A DNA stretch of 64,000 nt from Phoronis australis (GCA_002633005.1 NMRA01000253.1:321251-385250), one strand, 5' to 3'. Counted from the first letter of the stretch, positions 37,558-50,957 are shown. Translations and numbers: made by a program. Notes: generated from the letters alone by a model not told the origin.

Positions 37558-40500
37558 TAGGCCATAGTCCATTCGACTTTAGAAAGCCTAGAAAGTAAAT
37601 TCCGTGGCCACTTTTTGGGGACAAGATAATTTTGGTGTTTTTAAGGTCATTAAGTATTATACTTTAAGAATCCAAAAAGTTTCCTAGGTTTGACTATCAC
37701 GTTTTTGAGAAATTTGACCTCAAAAGTCTGACTTTTTGCATAATTTGGCACAGAAAAGCGATCTTCAAAAACCAACAACACTAGACAGAAACGGAATGAT
37801 AATTTGATTGGGATTTTTTCATTTGAAGTTACTGAACAAGAAAAGTGATATATATCAGGATATTAGGTGGAAAATTGCTCAAAAAAGTGAAAAATAAATA
37901 TTTTCGCAGCGCCGCCTGTTGGCCAGAAAACATACTACTATATTCTGATCTGCCACAAACAAATACTGTTAAACATTTGGATGGAACTTGATGAAGATTT
38001 GATACCACAACCTACACATGAACAATGTACATTTCCAACACTTCTGAAAGAAATTCACTGTCATCACTTTCATTAGTTGTCACAAGTATTTATCATTATC
38101 CACACTGCTGTTCACTGTCAATTGTCACAGGGAACGATACACCCAACAGTCCCCACAGTCACCAGCATGATTTAATGTTGTCACTATTTTCCATTAGGTT
38201 GAAAATATGATGTTCTTTTACAACATAGCATACACTTATTATCTTCATCCACTCCATCATCAGTTATATCATCCTTATTGTCATCAAAAGTTGTTTTTTG
38301 ACTAAGACACCGTTGTCACAAAGTCTGGACAGTCGCACAACAGAACATGGCGTGCCTGACTTTAAAGAGGAGCACATTTTTACTACAACCACTTCTTTTA
38401 CTCTTGCCATTAACATTTGTCATGGCATTTTCTGGGGCTAAAGGCAGAGTCATCAAGTGGAGCTTCAGACTAACCTGCTCCTAAAGCCACCCATTACCAA
38501 GAGAACTGGAAATGGTGTACTGACATGCTGTTTCAAGGCTCGTTTGTGAATGGCACACGGGTAGTTTGCTCTTTTAGCATGTAACGGCAAACAATCAGGA
38601 TAAGGAGGCAGATCACAGATTTCAACTTAGATATGTGGTAGCGTGCTTTGTTAACCGTTGATGACTCGCCGTACAGCTTGCATACAAACAGTTCAATGTC
38701 TTTCATGAGTTAACCAGGAAACACAAATTTTGAGCCCAATTTTAATGGCAAAGAAAAAGTTCCGCAAGCCTGCATCCTACCCAAAATAAAAAAAAAGTTT
38801 TGACAACTTGAACACCGTTTCATCTTTACACCTTGTTACAGTAATCCTATTTAACTGAAATAAATAACCAAAATGCTCTTCAGCTTAGCACACAGTATGG
38901 CCAACAACTGAAATTTCATATTGTCTAAGTGCTCAGCGAAAATAAGCGTCAAGAGAAAGGAGCATCATTGCTAGCATTGATTGCACTGTGCAGCTGCCTT
39001 CAAACAATTTAAAATATAGAAACATTTTTATCATGCGTAATGCAGTAGTTCATCTTGTGAAAAATAGAGGAATGGTCATGTTGGCAATAGTTTTTGTTTG
39101 AAATTGATTCTTTTTTACCGTAGAGCTAAAATTTTATTTGACTTCCTGTTATAAATAGCACATAATTGGAAGAATGAACATTTTCTTCGCTAAATACTCC
39201 AATTCAACAATCTTCAAAACGTGAGGTACTGAAATCTGCGCAACATTTGAATTTTCAAAATAAATGAAATTACAGAACACAGGCAATATTTCCATCTTTA
39301 TATTTCTCAAATTCCAAGCACTGCTCATGATTTTACATAAAGTGGTCTGAAAATAGCCTTATAAATTCATAAAAAGCAGTGCTGATCACTCACATGTAGG
39401 TAAAAACTACTGCCAGTACATTTGAGATTGAGACGACTATTAATACAAATTTATCAAGCAAAATATTTTTTGTATTGTGACCTAAACTAAAGATTATTTA
39501 CCATAAATGAAACCTTTTTAAATTAAGAATAGGTAAGCCTATTTACAATTGAATGTTTGGAACTGGGATAGGTTTTCAACTTTTCTTTTGTTTGTGAAAT
39601 TCCCGTGTGATGAAATTTGATTTGTGGCAAATGGTTCATTGTGATGGCAAGACATATACGGTATATTTCTTTGAGCACTGTTAAATGTACATGTAACTGA
39701 CAGTGACAATCTCCTTAATTTTCTCGAGGGCTCAACACTAATTCCATCATCAGCTTGGTCTCTTCTTGTTTTTTAAGAGCTCCTTCAATTTTTGTTATAT
39801 TTGTTAAGTGTCTGTAACACTGCTTGTGATAGAAGCGCGCACCAAGCCTAAAAATGGGGGGGCTCGAGTTTTTGAGAATGTGGACAATTATTAACATTCA
39901 CGGGTTACTTCAGAGCTACAAATTGTGCGTTCGCCGAATTTTGATAGTTCCTGCCTTTTTAGTGAACTTTTGTCTCGTTTTCAACTGTTTCGGAGTTTTT
40001 AGTTTCTCTGAGGCTGACCATTTTACCCACTTTACCAAATGGAGAAGGCTCGTTCAAGCCCCCGAGTCTCCCACCCCCTGGGTGCGCGCATGACAACAGC
40101 TCTGTTTTCCATAGAAGCTGAGAAACTTATCAGCAATGATACTTCTCTTGCACTCAATGTTGATTCAATTGTTTGCAGTAGCCTTAGAACAGGTAATATC
40201 TGAAAATTCCAGCTCAGAAATTTGAGCAGAACCTGACACATGAACGCTGCAAGCGGCAGACATCTTGCAGTCTATTGTGAAGTCGCACACTCGTTCAGTA
40301 ATTCATGGTTTCAGCAGAGTCCTAGCTGTCCCAAAATTGTTCTTTGCGAAACACAAAATGATTCAGGAATCTGCCAAGAATTGTTTCAGTAGGATGACGC
40401 AAATGGCCACTAGATTTGGCTTTCCTTAATTCCTAACTGCTGGTTTTCAGCCTTGGTCCTTGGTTATTACCTACATGTATTACTTGCACACAGATCCAAG

Positions 40501-40883
40501 CATTAATGCTATCCAATGTAGTCAGTAGCCGTAAACAGGCTAGCTAAGCCAGCAGGACAACATCAGCTGACTGTCCTCTGATGAATGTTTCCATGCCAAA
40601 AAGACGACTTTTGAAGGGGAATGGTATAGACACAATATTTTTCTGGCATTGTATAGGTTGTTTGGATCATTTTACACTGACACCTGGTGGCTGACACATT
40701 ATTGGAGGTTATATTTTTCCAACTTTTCAATCAAAATTCTATCTATTAACGTGCAAGTGCATTCTTGGGAACTTTTTTGAAATTGACTTTTGGACATCTG
40801 TAGATGGGTTTAATGCAAAGTTCCTATTGTCCCTAGAAAGAAGCCACGGAGGTGAAAATTAGGGGAGCAGGGACTATGGCCTA
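37558..40883 (-). mobile_element. Academ-like DNA transposon relic 2, both ends present, internally deleted
   Basis: TIR TAGGCCATAGTCC at 37558 and inverted ending at 40883, with 3-bp TSD CAT on both sides. N-terminal YHKQCYRHLTN near 39830. XPG/Cys-rich C-terminus IELFVCKLYG..VNKARY..LPP..LHAKRANY..GNGW..PLAPE at 38700-38300. A small MITE interrupts it at ~39832-40092. Confidence 0.75.
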
Positions 40884-41984
40884 CATGTACATGTATATAT
40901 CAAGTTAAACGAGACTCACGCTTAAACATACATGTGTAGTTATCCCATAAAACGATACCGGGTTACGAACGCGTCTAGTCGTATCGGGTTAAACAATAGA
41001 AGAGTGTGTGTCCATTGTTTAGTTGTGGTTTTGATAACGAAAACCTAGTATATTATAGTTTCTTTATTGTCTGTTATTCTGCTGATGCATTGCAGAACTG
41101 ACAATCTTCGTCGTTTCGTCGTGGGTGCACCTAATTTACTCGACAGTAGCGCTGTCGTAGTAATAACAGGAACCTAGTACACTGTAGTGTCTCGGTTGCC
41201 AATTTTTCAGTTGATGCAATGCAGAAGTGACGATGTGAAGACTACATCGTTTGCATCCGATACAATCAGTGTCAGTTTCCTTAATGAACAACACCAGATT
41301 TCAATTGTGCAAAGTCAGCCGATTTTTTAGATACTTTCATATTATTCCTGTTAAGAAAAGCTTATAAAACGTAACCCCACCCCAGCCGCTGCCTATAGCA
41401 TTCCAATGTTATGGACATTCCGAGTTTCTATGGGCTTTCACCAATCGGGACTATTGTTATCACCTGTATAAATATCTTCTACCTACGTCAAAAGGCACCG
41501 GAATAAAAACATGCTAAAGGGTTATTTTTGATTGGCATAAATCATGTTGCATAATTTTGATATCGGGCAGTGATTGTCCGAATATCAACCTACATCAAAG
41601 CTTACCATGCATCACCGGGCTTATATAGGATTTGCTCAAAAAATGTACTGGATAAGTCGACTTCGATATGTAAAGAAACAAAGCAAACAGATGAATCAAA
41701 AAATTCTTTGACTTTATTTGCCGTTGCATGGCAACTCAATACAAAAATAACTGCTGGATGTTTAGTTACAAGATTTTCTTAAAATCCACAATTCAAAAGA
41801 TGGAGTTGGGCAGTTCTGAAAAAGATGTGTGCATATGACTTATTAACTGTACCTAAAAGTGATTGCGCTGCAGAAATTGTGATACACAGGCAATCCAGGG
41901 GACACATGGTGTGCTCGTTTCTCGTTTTATGTACTTGAATCTCCCTAACTTCATGTAATATTGAATTACAGAAAACTAGAAGTC

Positions 41985-42066
41985 ATGAAGTGCGTCGCGG
42001 TATTCGTTGTATTGATGCTGGCTGTGGGCTGCCTCCAGGCGTTGTCGGTAGAAAGCGAAGAAGATG
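41985..42066 (+). CDS. Defensin-like prepropeptide, coding exon 1 (signal peptide + acidic pro-piece)
   Basis: GTCATGAAG start gives MKCVAVFVVLMLAVGCLQALSVESEED + G, followed by a phase-1 donor GTAAGA at 42067. An upstream acceptor TTACAG lies at 41966-41971. Confidence 0.85.
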
Positions 42067-42245
42067 GTAAGAACAATAACTGGCAGTGCCCTGGGCCGAG
42101 TTCTGTACGGGTATTGCAAGTAAAGCTAAAGGAATTACGTGCAGTGCTTGTAAGGCCCAGCGATGTCTTGCGATATTTTGCGTTTTTGCGAAGTTTACAT
42201 ATATCCGTGGAGCTGATTACTGGTCTAGCACGTGAAGTGAATTAA

Positions 42246-43077
42246 AGGGGAAAGCAACATTTCTTTATGTCATCTTAAGCAAAAATAAGGTTCCTTGATT
42301 ATCCCAGATATATTTTCAGTTAATTACAGCATTTGTAATTTAAACAATTATTCGTCCTAAACTCCGGAAGGGACATTTTGGGAGGCAACAATTTTGCGCC
42401 AATTTCTTTTAATGTAGTCTAACTTTGAGAGCTGCCGAGTCTCTCATAGTTCTACCTCGGCTGTGATAAGTTCGGTCGTCGTTTACTTTTCTTTACAAGT
42501 GCCCCACTTTTGCTGCGTACTTTCCCTAAAAAATATTCCTAGAATTTTGGCGCCCAAAATGAAAGGATACGGAGAATAAGGATTCCCCTTTGTTACACAA
42601 TGTACATGTAAATCTGTGGTTAAGTGAACGAAGAAGAAGTCCCAGCTCTTTTAATAATAACTTAAAAAACTCCACCATGGAACAGTCAATCCCAGGACTT
42701 TAATTGCTTTTTATCAATTTTAAAACATTTTCCAGTTCTGCCAATGAAATTTTTTGTCAAAAATTCTTTTTGAATTTTTGTTAGTTTTACTATACAGTGA
42801 ACACGTATTATTTTCGATGTTTGGAGAAACTTGATCACTCTTATCATACAGAGGTTCGAAATATCTTTTAATTCCGTCACGTAGTTCCTCCTGAGCCGTT
42901 ACTGACCTGCCAGATAGAGTAACAATCTTTGTTTCTCCTCTGGTGTAATTTTTTCCTTATCACAAGAATATTTTGTTGCCTGGAATATTTCTTATTCACG
43001 GGTTAGTTTCAGCAACTCTTCCTGAGCTTGCTCAAAAAGTTCTGTTGTAAGATAAGTAGTAATGTTTCAATACGCCT
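42246..43077 (+). mobile_element. Non-autonomous Kolobok-like element in the defensin intron
   Basis: TTAA|AGGGGAAAGCAAC ... CAATACGCCT|TTAA (TTAA at 42242-42245 and 43078-43081). The first ~255 bp align with the reverse complement of 18280-18535. Confidence 0.75.
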
Positions 43078-43744
43078 TTAAAGGTAATTGTTCAGAAATG
43101 CCCTCGACCTCCTCCAGCCCCGCGCCCCTCGACCCGCTCGACCCATACCTTCGAACCCCTCGACCCAGTCTACACAAGCTCAACTTTTTATGAACATAGA
43201 ATAGCCGTTGACTTGCAGGACCAATGACTTGGGTTGATAGCTCATCTGGATTTTCCGTGCTTTTGTGCAAGTAAGTCAGTAGATTCGGCAAGTTTGAAAG
43301 CCAAAAGCAGAAAAAACATCGCGACCAAAAACATCTTTTCGGTTTTCTAGGGATCTCAATCCTCTACAAATCATTGACATTATAGTCACCATTAATAGCT
43401 TTTAAGAGCATTCTAAACAACATAGGCTAGGTGATCACTTCACAGTAGGGTCACTGTCTCTACACTCATGAATACATGTATGTAATCCTAAAGTAAAGAA
43501 AGCAGGTACATGTATATTCACACGCTCCCTCACCACATCAGGGAACACACAACAATAAAAAATAACACTGACTACACGTATGTGATGCAGGCCTAGGATT
43601 GCTTTGAATACCGAGAAAGTCCTTGGTATCAAAACAGGCCCCAATCCTTGAGTAACAAACTCAGGCGAGAAAACAAATTGGAGAAAAGCAATAATCGAAA
43701 AACGAGTCTGCCTTCTAACTAACCAAATAAATCTTAAGAACGTA

Positions 43745-44035
43745 CGGTACAGGAATTGGCCAATTTTTATCAGACTGTAAATTTATGAGTATATACTTTC
43801 CTTATACGGTGTATTTACCTTAAGTGGGGGATTGGTTCCTGAAAAAGGGAGTATCAATGAACTCGTTCCGTTATATCAAAAGCGGGTTCTTGGACTGGTG
43901 ATTAAGCAGATCGAAGCACCAGTTTTCGGTGACTGAAAGAGCACGGGTTTAAGAAGGAATAAAAATAAGTAACTATACGGTAAGTGTATACTCATGGTAT
44001 TAAAATTTGATGAAAAATGGCCAATTATCACCGGT
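43745..44035. mobile_element. MITE with imperfect long TIRs
   Basis: AATTGGCCAATTTTTATCAG..ATGAGTATATACTT is mirrored by AAGTGTATACTCAT..TTGATGAAAAATGGCCAATT. Confidence 0.55.
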
Positions 44036-45123
44036 AGTTTTTATTGGCCGCTAGTTCGCCTAATCAAAAACTATTGGCTTTAAATCCATTTTCAATTAAA
44101 GACAAATTGATGATCGGTTTTCTAAGCCAATATTAATACCTATTGTCGACATTCTGAGCAAAGAAGCAGGACGTGTTCACCGGTGTAAGTTCAAGACTCG
44201 TTCGACTTGAGTACTAAAAATAAATAAATTTTCTAGCAATTCATTGAATGCGGAAGTCACAAGGTAAAGCATTACTTCAACTAGTAGTGCTCACTGTGAA
44301 TCAGCTTGATTTCAAAGGTCGAAGTTCAAACTTTGCACGGAATGCTCATGAAAATACAATCAGAACTGTTACTATTATTGCACACTGTACAAAGTTTAGA
44401 AAGCTATTTCGTGGTGCTACAATGTACACTGTAAATGTTCAACTACCCAATACATGTACATCGTCTCCCTCTACGTACACTATATACACCACGAATCGAA
44501 AACGTAATCATATTGCCATACTGCATAGTACTTGCAACATGCTACCCAATTCGGATTGTTCGTCTTTCCACTCTTGAGGATTCTTCACGAGGAACTACTA
44601 TCCTGCCTACTCCCGGATGCGTATAATGTAGAAAATCATGAAGTTTTAAAACTTATCTTAAAATTGCAAAACGTTCAAAAACATCCTTCATCAGCGTAGT
44701 CGTCAATCTACTTTTTTCAACAGTTCTTTTTTATGGAAATGTATTGCGTTAACGACAACAGAAGCAACTTCAGAAGCTATCAACCAAACCTTCAACACGT
44801 TGGTAGACAACGTGTATGCTTCAGGATCTACAAGGATGCTCTCATTGATGATAACCAGTTCTCATTCAGTTCCACGTTCGCCAGTCTTTTCTTCCCGTCA
44901 CATGCACACTCGACCTCCCGAACACACACCCTCACCAACACTTCTTAAGCCGCAACAGGTGTTAAATTTCCGTCTTTTTCTACTTGGTGCTTTTGTCGTT
45001 TCAACCTGAACCCCCCTCGCTCCAAATCTCGGCCACGGGCTGAAGCTGCACAGGTCTACCGTTAGAATGGTGAGAATAAAGTTCGGCTGTATTTTACAAG
45101 TGAATAATACCCCTCTCTTTCAG

Positions 45124-45233
45124 TTGCACTGGAAAGAGGCCGCAGATGTTGGGGTTTTGGTTGCGAGTTAAGTTGCCGTGTTAACGGCAAAAATAGAGGC
45201 AGTTGCGAATCGTCAGGCTGCAAGTGTTATTAA
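45124..45233 (+). CDS. Defensin-like prepropeptide, coding exon 2 (RGRR site + mature six-Cys CSab peptide)
   Basis: Acceptor CCCTCTCTTTCAG (AG 45122-45123). The phase-1 continuation gives (V)ALERGRR-CWGFGCELSCRVNGKNRGSCESSGCKCY* TAA TAG, then donor GTACGT at 45237. Cys spacing is C-x4-C-x3-C-x9-C-x4-C-x-C. Confidence 0.87.
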
Positions 45234-47959
45234 TAGGTACGTATATAACTATACAAAATCAAAAATAGTATAATTTGTTCTGAGCTGCGACTAAATGTTT
45301 TTTGAAAACTGCACCCCAACGTTTAAAAATATCACCCATTACCCCAACAATTTTGGCAATTTGTGTTCCAAAAGTTATGCAAACTTATGTAACAATATTG
45401 CATGAGAAATTAGCAGAAGTCACCTCAACCTTAGTTGCAAGTGGTGCTATTTTGGGTAGCAGCCAGCTCCCCAGACCCCATGATTGCAATCAACCCGGTC
45501 AATCAAAGCGGTACTACCGCGTCACTGGACAGTTGGGGCTGGAAAAAATCAAACACCACTTTGGAGTTTATTACGTACCTTATAAAATGTAAAACTACAC
45601 GCATTATTTGTAACGTCATCAATTGTAATACACATCTGCCATGGCCTATTATGGCATTTTATTCAACCCAATATCCTTGCAACTCTTGGGCATGCTATTG
45701 AATGCTACCATTTCTACTTTTCTAATACTGGGTAGGGTTCAATAACATCAGGGCCACTCAGGAAAACCAGTAATTCGCGAGATCACGAGAGATATCGTCG
45801 AGTATTTTAAATGAAAACGCATGATTTTGTCGAAATTGTTCTAGCTGTAATATAGCTACTGAACCCTATCCTGGTATGACACCACTTAGACTACCGTATG
45901 GTGCAGAATCTAGTGGCAGCATATTCAACAGCAGTTGGGTGACTGCAAGATGATGAAGGGATATTGCGGCACCATTGCACAGTTACCTCCATAGAACTAA
46001 CCAAAGTTGGAACTCAACTACTCTACTTAAAAGCAAACGACTTCTTGATCTTAGTTCTCAGTCCAAGTCTAATTCGAGTATGAGTTTGGATATTAGATGC
46101 CCTGGTCTAGGAATTGAGAAGACGCTAACTTGATCGTTTATTGTCATTTCTTAAAGAAACATATGTTCATCATTTTAAACGTTAACACGGTCAGAACGAT
46201 TGGGACATATCCGACTTCCGCGATTACCGTGAACTCACCCTGTTGAACAACTACTGTATATGAAAGGTTTTAGATCTTCTGGAACTTTCTGCGAAATTAT
46301 CCCGACGTGGTAGATACGCCTTGCTCCTTCTGCTGAGTATTCATGAATGGCTAGTTTGCGCGAAGATTTCTTAGCTCTCAACCTGTGTCCATACGAAACA
46401 GCTGCAAGTCTCTGGGCCACGAGTCAGATCAACAACTCAATTCTGATTGTTCCTTTTTCAACCATAGGGGGGCTCTTGTAGTTTTGCCTTTGAAAATCGA
46501 CACGGACGACAGATTGTGTGTGTGAAACAGTCAGTCATCAATTCCGAATACACTGTGCCAGGCGACTCCGTAACGTTGGAAAAATTATCTTGCAGTAATT
46601 TCCGAAAGTTGTTTATAGATTGGAACATGTACACACTGTTGCCAAAAGTATATGTCGGACTAGAACTACATGTATAACTCTGATTGGTGTTTTGAGAATT
46701 ATTCACTCTACTGCACAACATAAGTGTCTTTCATTTTGTGCTTCACTGTAATTACATATTTGGCGTTTTACGGTTGATTTTCAGGGAATTGAACGGTCAC
46801 CGACTTGGACGACATTTGAAATTTACACGGTTAAATAAATGTACTAACCAAACATTGAAGGCAAAATAAAGATGGGTCAAAGCCTTTTCCATTGGTTCTG
46901 TTATTGCTGCATTTCTCGCCCCCATGGCTGTCCATGGCTGCGAGTTCAAATTGTGATCGTCTTCAAAACGCAACTGTAGTAATTTTGAAGTCTAAAAGAC
47001 CATGTTATGGTGATCTTTGGTAAGGGCTCGCGAAGGCAGAGACCTAGGAGCTTATAAACTTCCATGAGTGAATGATAGCTGAGCTATGGCGTTATGTGAA
47101 TTCCTGAGCAATTAAATGAAGCAGCTGATGCCCAGAATTACATTTAATCGTTACATTTTCGCTGCCAGCTGTAAGCTGACATAGGCAGGCAAATGATGTC
47201 GTACATGTATCTGACCGCGGTGCCTCGAAGCAGACCTCACCTGCTCCTGCTCAGTTCAATTTACAGTGCAGGGCAATGAGAACGTCCCAGAATTTACCCA
47301 TAGATCTATTATTTAGTTTCGGGTTTGGTTTTGGTGAATGCTGTAAGCTAGGAAATCAAATACGTGATATGCTAGAATAGTTGAGAAACGTTTTGTATTT
47401 AAATTTGACTTACATGTACATGTACATGTATGTCTGCACGTGTGGGAATGTTCCGATTCATTATTTTTTCTTGCTTTGCTCAAAATTTCCATGAATTTGT
47501 TAGAATCTTTAGGCCGACTGTTCACCCCCATCCAACTTCAACCCCGACCGATATTTCGAAGAACTGCTCAGAAATATATGTATGATGGATTTGTTTGTTA
47601 ATCACCTTAAATTTACGAACCAGGATCTGTCTCACCAAGTCCGATAAGGCTTAGCCAATTAAAATCATAATCTCAAAGGATAAATCTAGTTTAAAAACTT
47701 AAAAATATATACAAAACGGTAAGCTCCACAGCTCAATTGCAATGATGCTTGGTGCTTGGATTTCCATGGACGCCATGCATCTCTATCGATCCGAACTGGC
47801 CGGGTCATCGGCAAAAAAATTCTGTCAAAATTTAGTTTGCCATATTTTGTCAACAAGTTCAGTACACATTTCCGTATTTTGGTTTGATTAATGTTAAGGT
47901 CCGCTGCTGATTATTTTATCCCCGTTTGCACGCTGGTAACAGACACTACTTTACTCGCA

Positions 47960-48160
47960 CAGCCTGGGTTCCTGAGTGAATTGCACTTCCGGTTTCGCGG
48001 TTAATTCAAAATGGCAGTGTTCTTTGGGTCGAAATCATGAGTGACGCGCTTGTTTAATCTTTAATCGACTACATGATGTGCATTGGTTATGGGTTATGTA
48101 ATTTTTGGTTCCTTATAAGGGTTTAATAGCTGGGCTACTAGGACTTCAAGGACTTCGCAG
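47960..48160 (+). repeat. Interspersed repeat; second copy at 63631-63840
   Basis: AGCCTGGGTTCCTGAxTGAATTGxACTTCCGG..TTCAAAATGGC..TCCTTATAA is shared. Confidence 0.7.
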
Positions 48161-50957
48161 GCCACGTCTCTATGTTAGCCATGTACCAATATCGCGGCAG
48201 TTAATTTGTAAGAAACTATGCAATGTCCCGAATTGCAACTAATCCAATAAGATATCCACAGTGCATTTCAAAGCTACAGTTTTTACACGTACCCGAACGG
48301 TGTTTACACACTATTTGTGTATGAGCAATCCCGCATTTGCAAATTTCACATTAGTTGATAACATTTCTGTAAGTCTTAGTGCGTCCAGAACTTTTATTGA
48401 AGAATGTAGTTGTACCAAACGTGACCAAACGTCTAACAAATATATAAAGACGTATGATTTTGAATGAACGCCCGAGTAACTTCTACAAAGCAACTGTGAA
48501 TCATTGAAACAACATGTATTTCCCTGGTGGTTTAATTAGTCGATTATTCGGTTATGTAATGTCTACATTTCTAATTCATCCATTTCTTTTACTATTACGC
48601 TATGAAGTGTTTGACAGTACACACTTAATTAGTTGACTAATTACGGAATTAATGAGGTAATTAGTACACGGATGTTTCATTAATTAACAATCCTTGTTGT
48701 TGCCAACTTTGGCAACACTCTTGATTTTCAAACTGAGAAAAACATGGAGCTTGTCATTTATGTAAAAGAATAATTATTTAGCAGTTAAAAACTAATTTTC
48801 TTGAGGCTTCATCATGTAAAGTCAAAATATTATGAAGGGTTTTCAAATACATGACTCTTATCCAATTCGGTAAAAAACGCCAAGTCGAGAAAAAATAGTA
48901 AGGAAGGTGACATTTCTGGCACTGGTATAGAGTTAAAAGTACATTTTTTGTTATTGAGGTCCCAGGCACATTATGTTGGTATCGTATGAGAGCTCAGGTG
49001 GTGCTTGATAATATATTTACACCCTGTATATTCTAGGGAAGTTGAAACCTTTAATAAGATATCTCAATACATGTACGTCTAGGTAGATTTGCGTTACGCC
49101 TATTACCAAGGCAGGCAGGCACTGCTATACGAGAACGACTTCCTGAATCGCAAGCTGATCATCTTCCGTTGTCAATCTTTGGGGCCATTAAATTGAAGAC
49201 ATTTAAAGAAATATGGATGGCATGTTTTCTTAAGAAGATTTCGGTAATCAATTGTCTAAGTCATTGTGGGTTTGTACTAAACAAACATATCCGCAATAAG
49301 CCTAACATTCCATACCAAGAAACAACACCGGAAGAAACGACTGCAAACAAGTACTAAACGTCCCCTGCTCCCCTGCCGACATACAACATTGCTGTGTGGA
49401 ACTCCTCCTGAGTAAGCAGTCGTAGCATAGGCGCTTGATAGGTTTTAGGTTCAAAGTTGAATTAAATACAGAAAAAGAAACACAGGAACTAATAAAAACG
49501 AAACCACCCGGAACACTGGCAGCAAAATACTTGTAGCAGACAAATTAATGAAATTACCAATGAAGCGATGATTGAAGGCGACTGAAACAGGAAACTTGTG
49601 TTGTGTTTTTTAACACAACTTACATAACATTTACTATAACCAGTAAATTGACAGCATACTGTACACGGTGTATTTACACGTACAATAATTTGGTGCTGGA
49701 GAAGGCGTAATTTGAAGTCAGGATTCAGTGTAATTGGGCAACGTCCTATCCGACAGCAAAATAAACACTCATTCTATTTATAACTGGAAATATAAATTTT
49801 CACTTATAAAAAAGAATATATTTGTAATAAAATTGTTCATGACATGTTAATAAAGTAAAGAGAATAAAACGCTTCAGTGACCTGCCTATCCACCTAAGAA
49901 AGTAACGGCAGAGTCATGAGAAGGAAAGTAGTTTAGAGACAGCCTAACATTGCTTCAAAACGAAAGCCATAAGCACCGGTGCGTGACGGCCAGCACTCAC
50001 TCAAGCTCTGGGCAAAATATGACACATAGATGACGGATTTCTGCTCTTCTAGGTTACACTAACAAGCACACTTGAGCAGCAATCGCCCTTAACTCATTGG
50101 CAGGTTCTAGAGTCTACGGAACATTGTCAAGATGTGTTGGCAAGTTGACCTACATGTACAGTAGATGTAGCTAAGTAAATCAAGGGCAGCCACTTACAGG
50201 ACTTCCCAAAATGGCCTTCAAAACGAAACGAATTTTCGGTTCTTGCCCCGGTGCGTAATGGTGGAGGTACACAGTTAAAACTTTATGATAAACACAGAAG
50301 ACATCATGTTTATGCGAGTACTTGAAAATCCGCTACAATAAAAAATGTCAAACTACATTGTACTGTGTCAAATTATATATTTTGAAACTTAAACTGTGTT
50401 TTGAGACTTCATCTTGAAAAATAATGATCTGAAATTCCACCAAGTTATCGATACCGTTGTTTTGATATCAATTTACATATACCTTATTTAACTAAACTTA
50501 ATACAAAATGCAAGGTCACGAAATCCAAATATTGACAGATTTGTAAAAGGTCAAAAATCGAATTCTAGAGGCCTTCTTCTTCCAGATAATGTACATCTGT
50601 ATACTTTTACTGGGTAAAAATTATAGTTTTATAGATATTTGGATAAACAGGCACCACACTTGACGATGTGGCTCTACATAATCTTAAACAGAGCTGTCAC
50701 AAAACGTCTCAAAATCAGTGTAATACAAAAGACCTAACTTGCAAAGCGGATTTGATGTTGGAACTCAGACTCAGAATTTGAGAGACGAGACACAACGGGA
50801 ACATACATTTCAACTAATTCAACTATTCCTACTAATCGATACGCCACCTGTAGGCTGTTAGATAAGGTATATGGCGTCATCAACAAGCTCACAATTTTAG
50901 AGACACCAAACATGCATTTCAACTATTTCAACTATTCCCACTTATCGCTGCACCACC

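Noticed and set aside
41961-42245. 94-aa single-exon secreted protein from the ORF track
   Set aside because: It reads through a strong GTAAGA donor into the intron; the spliced defensin model explains the signal peptide better.
44700-44960. Penelope-like RT N-terminal fragment in the defensin intron
   Set aside because: Only vague similarity (PRSPVF); the diagnostic LPKIHK/RPI motifs are absent.
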